From Pristiophorus japonicus (lineage: Eukaryota): DNA of 64,000 nucleotides. The notes beneath the pieces are model-generated. The model saw nothing but the letters and a program-made list of their open reading frames with translations, ran no database searches and was not told the DNA's origin. The stretch is from contig NC_091988.1 of NCBI RefSeq assembly GCF_044704955.1, positions 52,638,001 to 52,702,000 of the forward strand, read 5' to 3'. Positions within the stretch are counted from its first letter, which is position 1. Each line of letters opens with the position of its first letter. A program made the position numbers and the translations under genes. Positions 51,416-64,000 of the stretch are shown piece after piece.

Positions 51416-52379
51416 ATTGATCCAGTGACAATGACGGAATAGTAAGATAGGCCCAAGTCAGGATGGTGTGGGATGGGGAGGGGCACAAGGGCCATTGAAA
51501 TAACTTTGGTGAATTGCTGCAGTCTCAGTTAGTCATAGGCGGTCCCTCAAAACGAGGATGACTTGCTTCCACGCCAAAAAAGGATAAGTTCACAGGTGTT
51601 TTAATGAAGGACCTGAACTACATCCTCAAGGGTGGAAGATGCCTGTGCATGGATTTTTTTAAAGTGTGGTGGCCTGTAAATCGTACATGCTGCAGCCACA
51701 GTGTGCTGTTGATGGAGGAGGTGGAGATTGAATTCCAGTGGCAGTTAGAGTAGGGGGTTTAATGAGTCTTGAATTCATTACTGGAAGGAAGAGGGACATG
51801 TATAATAATAATTTAGAAGCAATTGAAAAAAAAACAAATAGAGCATTGTGTCATATATACAGGAGTAAAATACAACTCTATAGAGACTGTGGTGGGGTTT
51901 TATAATGTGCTGGTGCACTGCATTCTAATTCTAGTCACCATATCAAAACCTTAATGGGGAAAATGTTATGAATTATTGCTTCCGATGCAAAACTTTGCCT
52001 GACAGGAAGACGCATCGGGAAAGTGGTGTGCCAAAGGCTGGAATTTTACCAACGCTGAAAGGGCGGATTTGGAGGCGGGTCAGCTGTCAAAATGGAAATG
52101 ATTGACAGTTGGTCGGGAGCCCGCTGTCAACCCACCTCCACACTAGTCTCCCAGGGGTCGGGTCTCAGCATTGAACAGACCCGCCACCAAGCGGCAGGGG
52201 GGGAAATTTACATCATTAAGAGCTAGTTAAAAGCCAATTAAAGACAATTTTACCCTCTACTTAAGAACATAAGAAATAGGAGTAGGAATAGGCCATTTGG
52301 CCTTTTGAGCCTGCTCTACCATTCAGTAAGATCATGGCTGATCTTCTACCTCAACTCCACTTTCCTGCACTATCTATAA

Positions 52380-53940
52380 ACATAGTAAGAGAGGAAGTAG
52401 TAAGGGGTTTAGCATCCTCGAAAGTAGATAAATCGCCAGGTCCTGGTGGAAATATATCCGAGGCTATTAAAAGAAGCAAGGGAGGAAATTGCGGACGCTC
52501 TGACTATCATTTCCCAATCCTTGGAGAACTGGTAACGTTATACCATTGTTTAAAAAGGGAGGAAGGGATAACCCAAGCAATTACAGGCCAGTTAGTTTAA
52601 CCTCAGTGGTGGGCAAATTACTGGAATCAATTCTGAGGAACAGTATAAACCTTAATTTAGAAAGACACAGATTGATCAAGGACAGTCAGCATGGATTTGT
52701 TAAGAGAAGGTCATGTCTGACGAACTTGATTGAGTTCTTTGAGGACATAACAAGGAGGGTCGATGAGGGCAGTGCCTTTGATGTAGTTTGCATGGATTTT
52801 AGCAAGGCTTTTAACAAAGTCCCACATGGCAGACTGATCAAAAAAGTAAAAGCCACTGGATCCAAGGGAGAGTGGCAAATTGGATCCAAAATTGGCTCAG
52901 TGGCAGGAAGCAAAGGGTAATGGTTGAGGGGAGCTTTTGCGACTGGAAGACTGTTTCCAGTGAGGTTCCACAGGGCTCAGTACTCGGTCCCTTACTTTTT
53001 GTAGTATATATTAATGATTTAGACTTAAATGTAGGGGGCATGATAAAGAAATTTGCAGATGTTACAAACATTGACCGTGTGGTTGACAGTGAGGAAGAAT
53101 GCTCTAGATTGCAGGAAGATATCGATGAACTGGTTAGTTGGGCAGAAAAGTGGCAAATGAAATTCAATCCGGAAAAGTGTGAGGTAATGCATTTGGGGAG
53201 GGCTAACCAGGCAAGGGAATACACAATAAATGGGAGGATACTGAGAGATGTGGAGGAACAGAGGGACCTTGGCGTACATGTCCATAGATCCTTATAGGTC
53301 GATAAGGTAGTAATGCTTTCCTTTATTGGCCGAGGCATAGAATACAAGAGCAGACAAGTTATGCTAGAATTGTATACAACACCAGTTAGCCCACAGCTTG
53401 TGCAGTTCTGGTCACCATATTACAGGAAGGATGTGATTGCACTAGAAAGGGTGCAGTGGAGATTTACGAGGATGTTGCCAGGACTGGAAAACTTTAGCTA
53501 TGAGGAAAGATTGCATAGGCTGGGGTTGTTATCCTTGGAACAGAGGAGGCTGAGGGGAGATTTAATTGAGGTGTATAAAATTAGGAGGAGCCAAGATAGA
53601 ATGGATAGGAAGGACCTATTTTCCTGAAAAGAGGAGTCAATAACCAGGGGGCATAGATTTAAAGTAGTTGGTAGAAGGATTAGAGGGGAGATGAGGAAAA
53701 ATGTCTTCACCCAGAGGGTGGTGGGGTCTGGAACTCACTGCCTGAAAGGGTGGGAGAGCCAGAAACCCTAATCACATTTTTAAAGTACGTGGATGTGCAC
53801 TTAAAGAGCCGTAATCTAGAGGGCTACGGACCTAATGCTGGAAGGTGGGATTAGGCTGGGTAGCTCTTTTTCGACTGGCACGGACATGATGGGCCGAATG
53901 GCCTCCTTCTGTGTCGTAATTTTTCTACGATTCTGTGTTT
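52380..53940 (+). mobile_element. CR1 LINE fragment (RT to 3' end), frameshifted
   Basis: [23 protein letters not shown] and FAD motifs in ORFs 52546-53627. Confidence 0.92.
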
Positions 53941-55900
53941 CTATACTTTTTTTGGTGATATTATAAGTGCCAATTTACCACTTGGCCTATTTTTGGCGTA
54001 GTTGTAGAGGCACGTCTGATTTTTTAGTGGCCGACTCCGACTGCGCCAAAAAGAAAAGTTCCAGGTTTCGCCGGAATAAACGTTCATTTTGGAGCAGCGC
54101 AGATTGTCCTTAAGCTCTGTGGGTGGAGCTTAAGGTCTGAGCCGAAAAACAGGTTGCCAGGGTAACGAGGGACACATTGAAGTGAAACTAAAAAACTGTC
54201 CATATTTACTTTAGGATGGCGCAGAAACTTTGGCGAAACTTGCAGATTTTAGTCTGCTCCAAAAAAAATAGCGTAGGCCAAAAAAACAGCACAGAATGGT
54301 AGCGAAAATTCAGCCCTAAGCCTCTTCCTTTGATCTAATGCTATCTTTAACTTCTCTTGTTAGCCACGGTTGGAAAACCTTTCCTGTGGGGTTTTTGTGC
54401 CTTAAAGGAATGTATATTTGTTGTAAATGATGTATTAATTCTTTAAATGCTAGCCATTGCTTGTCTACCATCATACATTTTAATGTAGTTTCCTAATCTA
54501 CTTTAACCAACTCACCCCTCATACCTACGTAGTTTGTATTGTTTAGATATAAGACCCTAGTTTCAGATTTAACTAAATCACTTTCAAACTTAATGTAAAA
54601 TTCTATCTTATAATGGTCACTCTTCCCTAAAGGCCCCTTTACTACAAGGTTATTAATTAACTATTTCTCATTGCATAATACCAGATCTAAAATAGCCTGT
54701 TCCCTAGTTTGTTTCTCAACATACTGATCTAGTATTACCAGTTTTCCAGATTTTTGACGAGGATCACAGCGCTCGGGGATAATGGCAAGTAAGTAGGTCG
54801 GGTTTTCAGTGAGTATGCATTCTTCTGAATAGTTGAAAGCTGCAAAAGTGGTATAAAAGCCACCATTTCACAGCGGTTCACTTTCCAATCTTAGAAGATG
54901 GAGCCTTCAGGATTTGGAATATACTTTTGAGCTTTATGCAGGTTGGAAGTGTTTGCCGTATTTTCTATTCACTGTGACTTCCTTGGAGCAACTTCTCTCT
55001 CCATTGACAGGTCACTTCTGTCATCTCAACTTCAGCTGCCATCTATTCCATCAGCATCGGTGCCCTTGAAAAAATCTCACCTTGGTCCTCAGAATCCCAC
55101 CATGATCAGCCTCAACCACCAACATCACCAGGCACACCAGCAGCACCAACAACAACACCAACCTCCTCCACAATCACCTGATGCTGCACAGGGCATAGCC
55201 TCATCATGGCCAGATTTACTTCATTTGACACTATACACCCTGGCTGTACCAGGTAATGCACCAGGTTGTCACCACCCCACACCAGCACCATAAAGCATTC
55301 CTGCAGTGCCCAAGCCATTCCTTTCACACTCATCACCATTGTGGGGGTACTGTTATGTCTCATCATTCACTGCAACTTATAAAGCCACTTCCAAAGGTGC
55401 ACACAAATCTGTCCAAGAAGGCAAAGTGTTGAAAATAAAGATTTCAATGTTTGATAAAACATTAACAGAAACTTTACATGAACATTGGCTAAAAGACCCA
55501 AATGCTTACCCTTGTGTGTTGTTAGTTGACGAGAATGAAAGTGAGTGTGAGGGGTGCCTAGTGAGATTGGGAAGTGATAATGTAGAGAGAGAGGGATGGG
55601 TGGAGGTGCAAAGTAAGTTGGTGTGAGTAAGGATGTGCAGGAGTAGGGTAGGGAAGGCAGAGTGATGGGGATGTGATGAGTGGCACAGCAGGATGAGGTT
55701 GAGTGTGGCTTTGCAGTAAAGTTTTGTGTTCTACGGAGATCATTGAAAGGTTTGTGCCACTGCAATCAGGTCCTCCTGACGACATCCCTGCTTATGCTCT
55801 CCTGTGCAATGTGCAAACAGACTACATTGGTCTCCTGGGAAGGTCTGTTCTGCCCATTAAAAGGGAAGAGAATCTCTCTACGTGCTGTGACTCCCTCCTT

Positions 55901-58220
55901 TAGAAATATAGAAAATAGGTGCAGGAGTAGGCCATTCGGCCCTTCGAGTCTGTACCACCATTCAATAAGATCATGGCTGATCATTCATTTCAGTACCCCT
56001 TTCCTGCTTTCTCTCCATACCCCTTGATCCCTTTAGCCGTAAGGGCCATATCTAACTCCTTCTTGAATATATCTAACGAACTGGCGTCAAGAACTCTCTG
56101 CGATAGAGAATTCCACAGGTTAACAACTCTCTGAATGAAGAAGTTTCTCCTCATCTCGGTCCTAAATGGCTTACCCCTTATCCTTAGACTGTGACTCCTG
56201 GTTCTGGACTTCCCCAACATCGGAAACATTCTTCCTGCATCTAACCTGTCCAGTCCCATCAGAATTTTATATGTTTATATGAGATCCCCTCTCATTCTTC
56301 TAAACTCCAGTGAATACAGGCCCAGTCGATCCAGTCTCTCCTCATGTGTCTGTCCTGCCATCCCAGGAATCAGTCTGATGAACCTTCGCTGCACTCTCTC
56401 AATAGCAAGAACGTCCTTCCTCAGATTAGGAGACCAAAACTGAACACAATATTCTAGGTGAGACCTCACCAAGGCCTTGTACACCTGCAGTAAGACCTCC
56501 CTGCTCCTATACTCTCATCCCCTAGCTATGAAGGCCAACATACCATTTGCCTTCTTCACCGCCTGCTGCACCTGCATGCCAACTTTCAATGACTGATGTA
56601 CCATGACACCCAGATCTCATTGCATCTCCCCTTTTCCTAATCTGTCACCATTCAGATAATATTCTGCCTTCCTGTTTTTGCCACCAAAGTGGGTAACCTC
56701 ACATTTATCCACATTATACTGCATCTGCATGCATTTGCCCACTCACCTAACCTGTGCAAGTCACCTTGCAGCCTCTTAGCATCCTCCTCACAGCCCACAC
56801 CGCCATCCAGCTTCGTGTCATCTGCAAACTTGGAGATATTACACTCAATTCCTTCATCTAAATCATTGATGTATATTGTAAATAGCTGGGGTCCCAGCAC
56901 TGAGCCCTGCGGCACATCACTAGTCACTGCCTGCCATTCTGAAAAGGACCCGTTTATCCCGACTCTCTGCTTCCCGTCTGCCAACCAGTTCTCTATCCAT
57001 GTCAATACATTAACCCCAATACCATGTGCTTTAATTTTTCACACCAATCTCTTGTGTGGGACCTTGTCAAAAGCCTTTTGAAAGTCCAAATACACCACAT
57101 CCACTGGTTCTCCCTTGTCCACTCTACTAGTTACATCCTCAAAAAATTCTAGAAGATTTGTCAAGCATGATTTCCCTTTCATAAAACCATGCTGACTTGG
57201 ACTGATCCTGTCACTGCTTTCCAAATGCGCGGCTATTTCATCTTTAATAATTGATTCCAACAACTTCCTCATTACCGATGTCCGGCTAACTGGTCTATAA
57301 TTCCCCGTTTTCTCTCTCCCTCCTTTTTTAAAAAGTGGTGTTACATTAGCTACCCTCCAGTCCATAGGAATTGATCCAGAGTCGATAGACTGTTGGAAAA
57401 TGATCATCAATGCATCCACTATTTCGAGAGCCACTTCCTTAAGTACTTCCTTAAGCAGCCTATCAGGCCCTAGGAATTTATCGGCCTTCAATCCCATCAA
57501 TTTCCCTAACACAATTTCCTGACTAATAAGGATTTCCTTCAGTTGCTCCCTCTCGCTAGACCCTCAGTCCCCTAGTATTTCCGGAAGGTTATTTGTGTCT
57601 TCCTTCATGAAGACAGAACCAAAGTATTTGTTCAATTGGTCTGCCATTTCTTTGTTCCCCATTATAAATTCACCTGATTCTGACTGCAAGGGACCACATT
57701 TGTCTTCACTAATCTTTTTCTCTTCACATATCTATAGAAGCTTTTGCAGTCAGTTTTTATGTTCCCGGCAAGCTTCCTCTCATACTCTATTTCCCCCCTC
57801 CTAATTAAACCCTTTGTCCTCCTCTGCTGAATTCTAAATTTCTCCCAGTCCTCAGGCTTGCTGCTTTTTCTGGCCAATTTATGTGCCTCTTCCTTGGATT
57901 TAACACTATCCCTAAATTCCCTTGTTAGCCACGGTTGAGCCACCTTCCCCGTTTTAATTTTACTTCAGAGATGTACAATTGTTGAAGTTCATCCATGTGA
58001 TCTTTAAATGTCTGCCATTGTCTATCCACCGTCAATCCTTTACCTATCATTCGCCAGTCTATTCTAGCCAATTCACATCTCCAACCATCGAAGTTACCTT
58101 TCCTTAAGTTCAGGACCCTCGCCTCTGAATTAACTGTGTCACTCTCCATCTTAATAAAGAATTCTACCATATTATGGTCACTCTTCCCCAAGGAGCCTCG
58201 CACAACAAGATTGCTAATTA
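55901..58220 (-). mobile_element. 5'-truncated CR1 LINE inserted in a Harbinger Myb/SANT remnant
   Basis: RT ORFs 57039-57512, 56652-57005, 56275-56484 and 55990-56259. Confidence 0.92.
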
Positions 58221-60504
58221 GTATATGGAGGGAGACATGGGAGAGCATGGGTGCAGTCCTGCACCTATGTGCAGTATTTGTCAGTGTTTGCAGCACCTTA
58301 ATGCTGTAGAATGCTGATAGCACAACTGTCAAAATCAATTTGGCCATGGTCCCTTTAAAGAAGCCGGCTGATGGCCCATCATCAAATGACATCATCAGAC
58401 TCACTTCCTTTTAATTGGCTGGGAACCTTGCTGGGCAGGCTTAACAAGCCCCATCATTGCAAAATTACTTGGAGAGAGCAGGCTGCAGCCAGGAGCAGAC
58501 CGGAACCTTGCCAAAGACCCTGGCCACCCCCAACTCGCGCAGTTTGCCGAAATCGCGGCTAATGTCTGAGTTGATTGCAGGGATGGATGGAGCACATGAC
58601 GTTGCATCCTCAGGAGAATTATCTTCCTCCAAGGTGTCTTCCTGTTTAGGAGCCTCCTGCTGCGGAGAAGGACCTAGAAGAAAACAAAAAGAGACAAAAA
58701 TGATGCATTGTCTTGTCCTACAGAAATAAGGAGAGAGTTAGTGAGTGCGTTTTGAAATATTAAGTGTAGATTTATGGGGTTTATGCATTGAGTGGTGGGG
58801 AAGAAGCAAGATGGAATGAGAATGGGAAGATAATGAATGTAAAGCCAAGTGTGTGAAATGAGGAAGAAGTGCTGGGAGAAGTTGGTGGTTGTGCAGGTTT
58901 TCACCATTTATCATAGTGCATTGGCTTTGTGGTATGCAATGATGAGGAGCAGATTGATTCAACACTGCAGCACCATATGGAGTATTAACAGTGAATCTTT
59001 TGAAAAATTTGGAAATGGTTTACTTACTGTGTTGAGATGTAATTCATTACATATTTTTTTAAATGTTGCATTTCAGATTGCTGGTAAATGTGTCCATTTC
59101 CTTTCTTGCAATTTTTTCTGCTTCACCTGTGAACTGTGTTTTTATTTGTTCTCACAGCACTTTATCACAGTTGTGAAGTAGTTTAGTTCATTCAACTTAT
59201 TTATAGTAAACTCTGCAGGATGTCAGCAAACCACAGGTAAAACTGGAACTTAATCTCCTGTCAAACATGGATATTACGAGCTTCTTACTTCCCTCCCTCA
59301 TCTCAGCAACCTGAAACTAGTCTGAGCCAGATTGTCTTAACAAGTCGTAACATTCTCTTCCTCTCTCACAATGAGTCTTGTGAAACACTAATAAGAAGGG
59401 ACATTTGTGCTATGGCTGCACCAAATAAGTAAGTCAAGATCTGTAAGAATTAACAGCATGAATTTAAAGAAAGCAATAGTTTCCCATCTCATTAAACAAT
59501 TATTAATTCAGCTAACAATCTTAATCTACAAGAAAGATCCCTCCGATGTGGTCCAGCAACCCAGTCTCTGAGACAGCAGTCTATTCTAGCAGGAAGGAAG
59601 TGACAATGTACTTACACCAACTAAGTACCTCCCTTGGCTATCAACACTCTCTTGAGGAATAAAAAGAACTAACTTATAGAACTCTCTCTTCAGATCGCGG
59701 CATGGGATCTTTACATCTACTTGAGCCATTGGAACAGAACCTGGATTAACCTCTAAACCAAAAGACAGTACCTCAGAAAATGCAACCCTCCCTCAGTAAT
59801 ACACAGAAGCATCATCCTAGGTAATGTACTCCGATCCTGGAGTGGAGCTTGAACTCCAGACCTTCTGACTCAGAAATGAGAGCGCTACCAACGGACTCAA
59901 GCTGACTCTTGCAGTTGACTTTTCAGCCTGATAATCCAGAAAGTTTACTGTCTAAATGATCAAGAGACTTCAATTATCCTGGGTACAGAGTCTCAAGGAG
60001 CTCAGCCAAATTAGGGGACCTGAGCCAAACAAGCCAGTTTCTCAGATTGGACCTAACTACACAGAAGAGTGGAGTGGCCACCTTGGACTTTGTTTAAACA
60101 AGTATATTTATGAGGAGGAGATGGGGAAAGGGGGGTTCCTGTTGAAGAAAAATGAAAACCTGAGGTTTATAAGGACAGTCTGGAACTGGAGCTCAGCACT
60201 GTTGGAATAATTATGTTAGTGGGGTGGGTACATGCATAAATGTTAAATCGATTTGCAGATATGGTCATTGAATTGATTGAATTAGTATCTGGCTGATTAC
60301 CTAAGTCTTTTAATATGTGGAGCTGGAACTTTACAGTCTTTAGTCAGATCTATTAAGAAAAACAATTACACTCAAGAAGCCTTTAGTTACCATCAGTTTT
60401 TGGGCAGAACTATTCCCATAGCACACAATTTTTTATACTATCTAACTGCTAACCATTAGGGGCAGTTATAACTGTGACTAACAGTTATGTTACTCTTATA
60501 ACAG

Positions 60505-60565
60505 AACAAAAATACCTGCAGGATCAAAGACACGATGGCTGGTGGCACCTGTCCCAAGGACGATG
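60505..60565 (+). CDS. Candidate upstream TTLL3 exon, with ATG in good Kozak context at 60535
   Basis: Acceptor ataacag| and donor G|GTAAG. The open frame ends in phase 1, matching the 63585 exon. No homology recognised. Confidence 0.45.
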
Positions 60566-60725
60566 GTAAGATGCAAAGCATTGTGGAACTACTGCAATGC
60601 AGATACAGCTACTCTATTTATTAAAACATCACTTTTTTTCTTTGGAGAAGAGAAAAAATGACTCGCTTTGTTGCCGATTCTACCATCAGCCCATCAAATG
60701 TCTCCAGGAAGCTATTGCAAAGGAC

Positions 60726-61541
60726 AGTGGACCATTTCCCATACCTCAGGAGCCTCTTATCAACTAAAGCAGACATTGATGAGGAGATCCAACACCGCCT
60801 CCAGCACGCCAGTGCAGCCTTCGGCCACCTGAGGAAAAGAATGTTTGAAGACCAGGCCTTCAAATCTACTACCAAGTTCATGGTCTATAGGGCTGTAGTA
60901 ATACCCGCACTCCTGTATGGCTCAGAGACATGGACCATGTACAGTAGACACCTCAAGTCGCTGGAAATATATCACCAACGATATCTCCGCAAGATGCTAC
61001 AAATCCCCTGGGAGGACAGGCTCACCAACATCAGCATCCTCATCCAGGCTAACATCCCCAGCATTGAAGCACTGACCACACTCAATCAGCTCCGCCGGGC
61101 AGGCCACATTGTTCACATGCCAGACGGGAGACTCTCAAAGCAAGTGCTCGCTGCAGAGCTCCTTCACAGCAAACGAGCCAAAGATGGGCAGCAGAAACTT
61201 TACAAGGACACCCTCAAAGCCTCCCTGATAAAGTGCGACATCCCCACTGACACCAGGGAGTCCCTGGCCAAAGACCGCTCTAAGTGGAGGAAGTGCATCT
61301 GGGAGGGCGCTGAGCACTTCGAGTCTCAACGTCGAGAGCGTGCAGAAATCAAGCGCAGGCAGCGGAAAGAGCATGTGGCAAACCATTCCCACCCTTCCCT
61401 TCCCTCAACGACTATCTGTCCCACCTGTGACAGAGTCTGTGGCTCCCTGTATTGGACTGTTCAGCCACAAAAGAACTCACTTCAGGAGTAGAAGCAAGTC
61501 TTCCTCGATTCTGAGGGACTGCCTATGATGATGATGATGAT
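60726..61541 (+). mobile_element. RTE-clade LINE 3' fragment
   Basis: ORF 60658-61491 with LLYGSETW. (GAT)n tail near 61527-61541. Confidence 0.9.
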
Positions 61542-62499
61542 GGAAAGGACAGTAGTGGCAGTGCTGTGCAGACTTCAAATTAAACCATTAAAAAAAAGTA
61601 GTAAAATCGATAACCATATCACTATTTTGTCAAGCTGATGTTTCTTCAGCTGACTGATCTAGAATAGGGCTATGTGCTTAATTGCTGCAGGTTTTAAGCC
61701 GGGGAAAATGGTTGCTTGTAATGTATTGGATTCAGTGTGATTGCTTGCATTATACTCGACACCATACAGAACTGTGCTTCCATCTGGACCCATTTCATAC
61801 TGCCTGCAATTGTGATGGGAGAGCAAATTTAAGAGACCAACTAGATGCAACCCATTTCTTCCTGAATGTAATTACAGAACAATGACAAATGCAAAGGATG
61901 CAGTTCAGTCCTAGCTACTGCTCAGCATTTGGTGCAGTTAGAGCAAAGACACAAAGAGCACTCACCTCACCCCCTCCACTCAGTTCTTGAACCAGAATAC
62001 ATGAAAAGCAACATGGTTACCCCCATCATACACTAATTGCATCAGCATGCACGCTGCATCTGATGGGAAACAGGGTATTGGATGAGTTAAAACAGTCCTT
62101 TCAGACTAGTGAGCCAGAGTAAAATGCAGCTCTCAAATCGAATGGATAAAAGTCTCCTACCAAGGATAATTTTAGAAGTGGCACAGATCAAAGGGTCAGA
62201 GGAATGATGATTTCCTTCCCTCCGCCCGATTTAGATTTCGCAGAACTGAGAATCCATAGTGTACCCATGTTTTAATTAGATTTTCTCTTTTGTTGACCCA
62301 GTTTCTGAGAACCAGGATGAATCAGTTCAGAGAATGGAGGGAATCAGATTGAAACAGAATTGCAAATCCCAGTATACTGAAGCCAAAGGGACAAACAAGT
62401 CATGTGGTGAGAAAAAGATAGAGCTCCAGTATTGCTGTAGCCGTGTCATCTGCATTATGCATCTATAGCTGATACTATGCATCTAATTCTTAGTTTGTA

Positions 62500-63070
62500 C
62501 ATCTGTGAGTCACACACTACCTGCACACCTATGTCACCTATAACTCACAATGGGTTTATGACATTCACATTTGTATCTTTAACTCTCACACTATGCCTGT
62601 CTTTCACATTGCACACCTGCCACTCACACTACTTATAACTCGCAACAAATCTCTGCCACTCGCATCTGTAACTCCTACATTGTACAAACAACTTTCACAA
62701 GATACACTTATATTGCTTACACTATAATTGTAACTCACTGATCCTGTGTGGTTCAGACATGCTCACACTTTCTCTTACTTTGTATGCCTGTAACTGAGAC
62801 TGTACGTGTAACTCTCATAATGCATTGTGTTGATTTCACATGGTACACCTATGTTAGTCTTTTGCAGTACCTGTAACTATCGTTCTCATACTGTATGCCT
62901 ATATCATTTTCACACTACACACCTTCTCACTGTGTCCTTCTCACACTTTTTTGTATTATTCCCACACTGTACACTTGCATTCCTACACTATACACTCTTG
63001 CATAATTCTCATACTGTACACCTCATTGTACATTTGTTACACCCACATGTACCTGTGTCATTCATACTGG
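62500..63070. repeat. Degenerate CA/CT-rich low-complexity array
   Basis: Recurring cacactgtacacct / ctgtaactc-like words. Confidence 0.5.
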
Positions 63071-63584
63071 ATCAGTTTTGCCTATTAGATTTATATTTCT
63101 TAACTGAAGGATCTGCCACTGTTATCTAGTAACCTTATTTGTGCAGGATATCTTCCCTATCATCCTCACCTAGAAGCAGTGGTTCAGTGTCTGCATTTAT
63201 TGCAGGTGGTGGTTTATGCCTGGGCTAGAAATATCTTGCTTTAAAATGGATTTGTAAGATCTTTTAAATCCAAAGACATGTGATATTTTCTAAACTTGCA
63301 CTAATTACTCTGTTTCTTAAATGGCAAATAACCATCACAATTCAATCAGACTTTAGGCATTCTTTATACCTCAGAGTTGTATTATATCACTCTTTGAAAC
63401 TCAGGGTGCTATAGCTCTGAGTTGTTAAAATTTACTGACATTTTACAGTGCATGTGAAAATTACTTGTGATTTGTCACTCCTAAACACAGAGATGATCAT
63501 GTAACTAGTTTGTACGACTTGCCAGCGCATTTAGACCCAATGCAAGTTGATGTGTGACTTAAGACATTTTTTTAACTTCCACAG

Positions 63585-63694
63585 GGTCTCTGGTTACAAG
63601 AGATGTCAAATTCCACAGGCATCATATTTTTGTGTCAGAGGTAAACCTCGATCGGCTGAAAAACTGCAAATGCCTTGTGGAAAAAGCTGTTAAG
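63585..63694 (+). CDS. TTLL3: TTLL3-like (tubulin monoglycylase) exon ...NLDRLKNCKCLVEKAVK
   Basis: ttccacag|...AAG|gt boundaries. Peptide resembles the TTLL3/TTLL8 N-terminal NRLRNAKIYVERAVK segment. Position downstream of ARPC4 matches human synteny. Confidence 0.75.
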
Positions 63695-64000
63695 GTAAAA
63701 AAAAAGCTTGGCAGCGTTTTAAAACTGCCATTTTGTTCAGAGCTGAATATTCAACAGGTCAATAGGGAAAATCGGGGTCAAAACACCTTCAGTCTGCATT
63801 TCTTCAAGGGCACATTTATATTAAAACTTCAGTTTTCATGCTGGGATTCTAAAATTGTAGGGTAAATCCAGAATCATGTTCCGACCTAACTCTGGACAGA
63901 AGTGGTGTTAGACTCCTTGTCTCGCATTACTTGAGTTTGACGGGTCCGTTGCATCTACTGGACACTTTTAAAACATGCCTGTAGTTCATTTAAATGGTTA

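Noticed and set aside
51533-51680. RTE-type 3' tail joined to a different body (possible RTE-mobilised SINE)
   Set aside because: It is a single short, degenerate copy with no identifiable head or TSD, so there is not enough to make a call.

Overview
This is eukaryotic, intron-rich vertebrate DNA. The repeat complement (Deu-domain SacSINE1-like SINEs, abundant CR1, L2, RTE and Penelope fragments) points to a cartilaginous fish, probably a shark. It holds the conserved TADA3(-)/ARPC4(+) head-to-head pair with a shared CpG-rich promoter, followed by the probable 5' part of the tubulin glycylase TTLL3(+), the same order as the human locus. About half of the window is transposon-derived, including a full-length but disabled Ty3/Gypsy element with near-identical LTRs, several Harbinger-type elements and a hAT element. 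The most unusual structure is at 44.75-45.51 kb. There a CR1 LINE is interrupted at one 14-bp site by two tandem inserts, a 71-bp 7SL/Alu-domain element and a 5'-truncated Tx1-clade LINE. Both end in the same hairpin tail (ACTCAAAAGAGT), suggesting a CR1-targeting Tx1 LINE with a 7SL-derived SINE partner. A dense C-to-T patch in the Gypsy RNase H and a possible in-frame ARPC4-TTLL3 readthrough are also notable. Family assignments are from motif recognition, not database searches, and most repeat boundaries are approximate.
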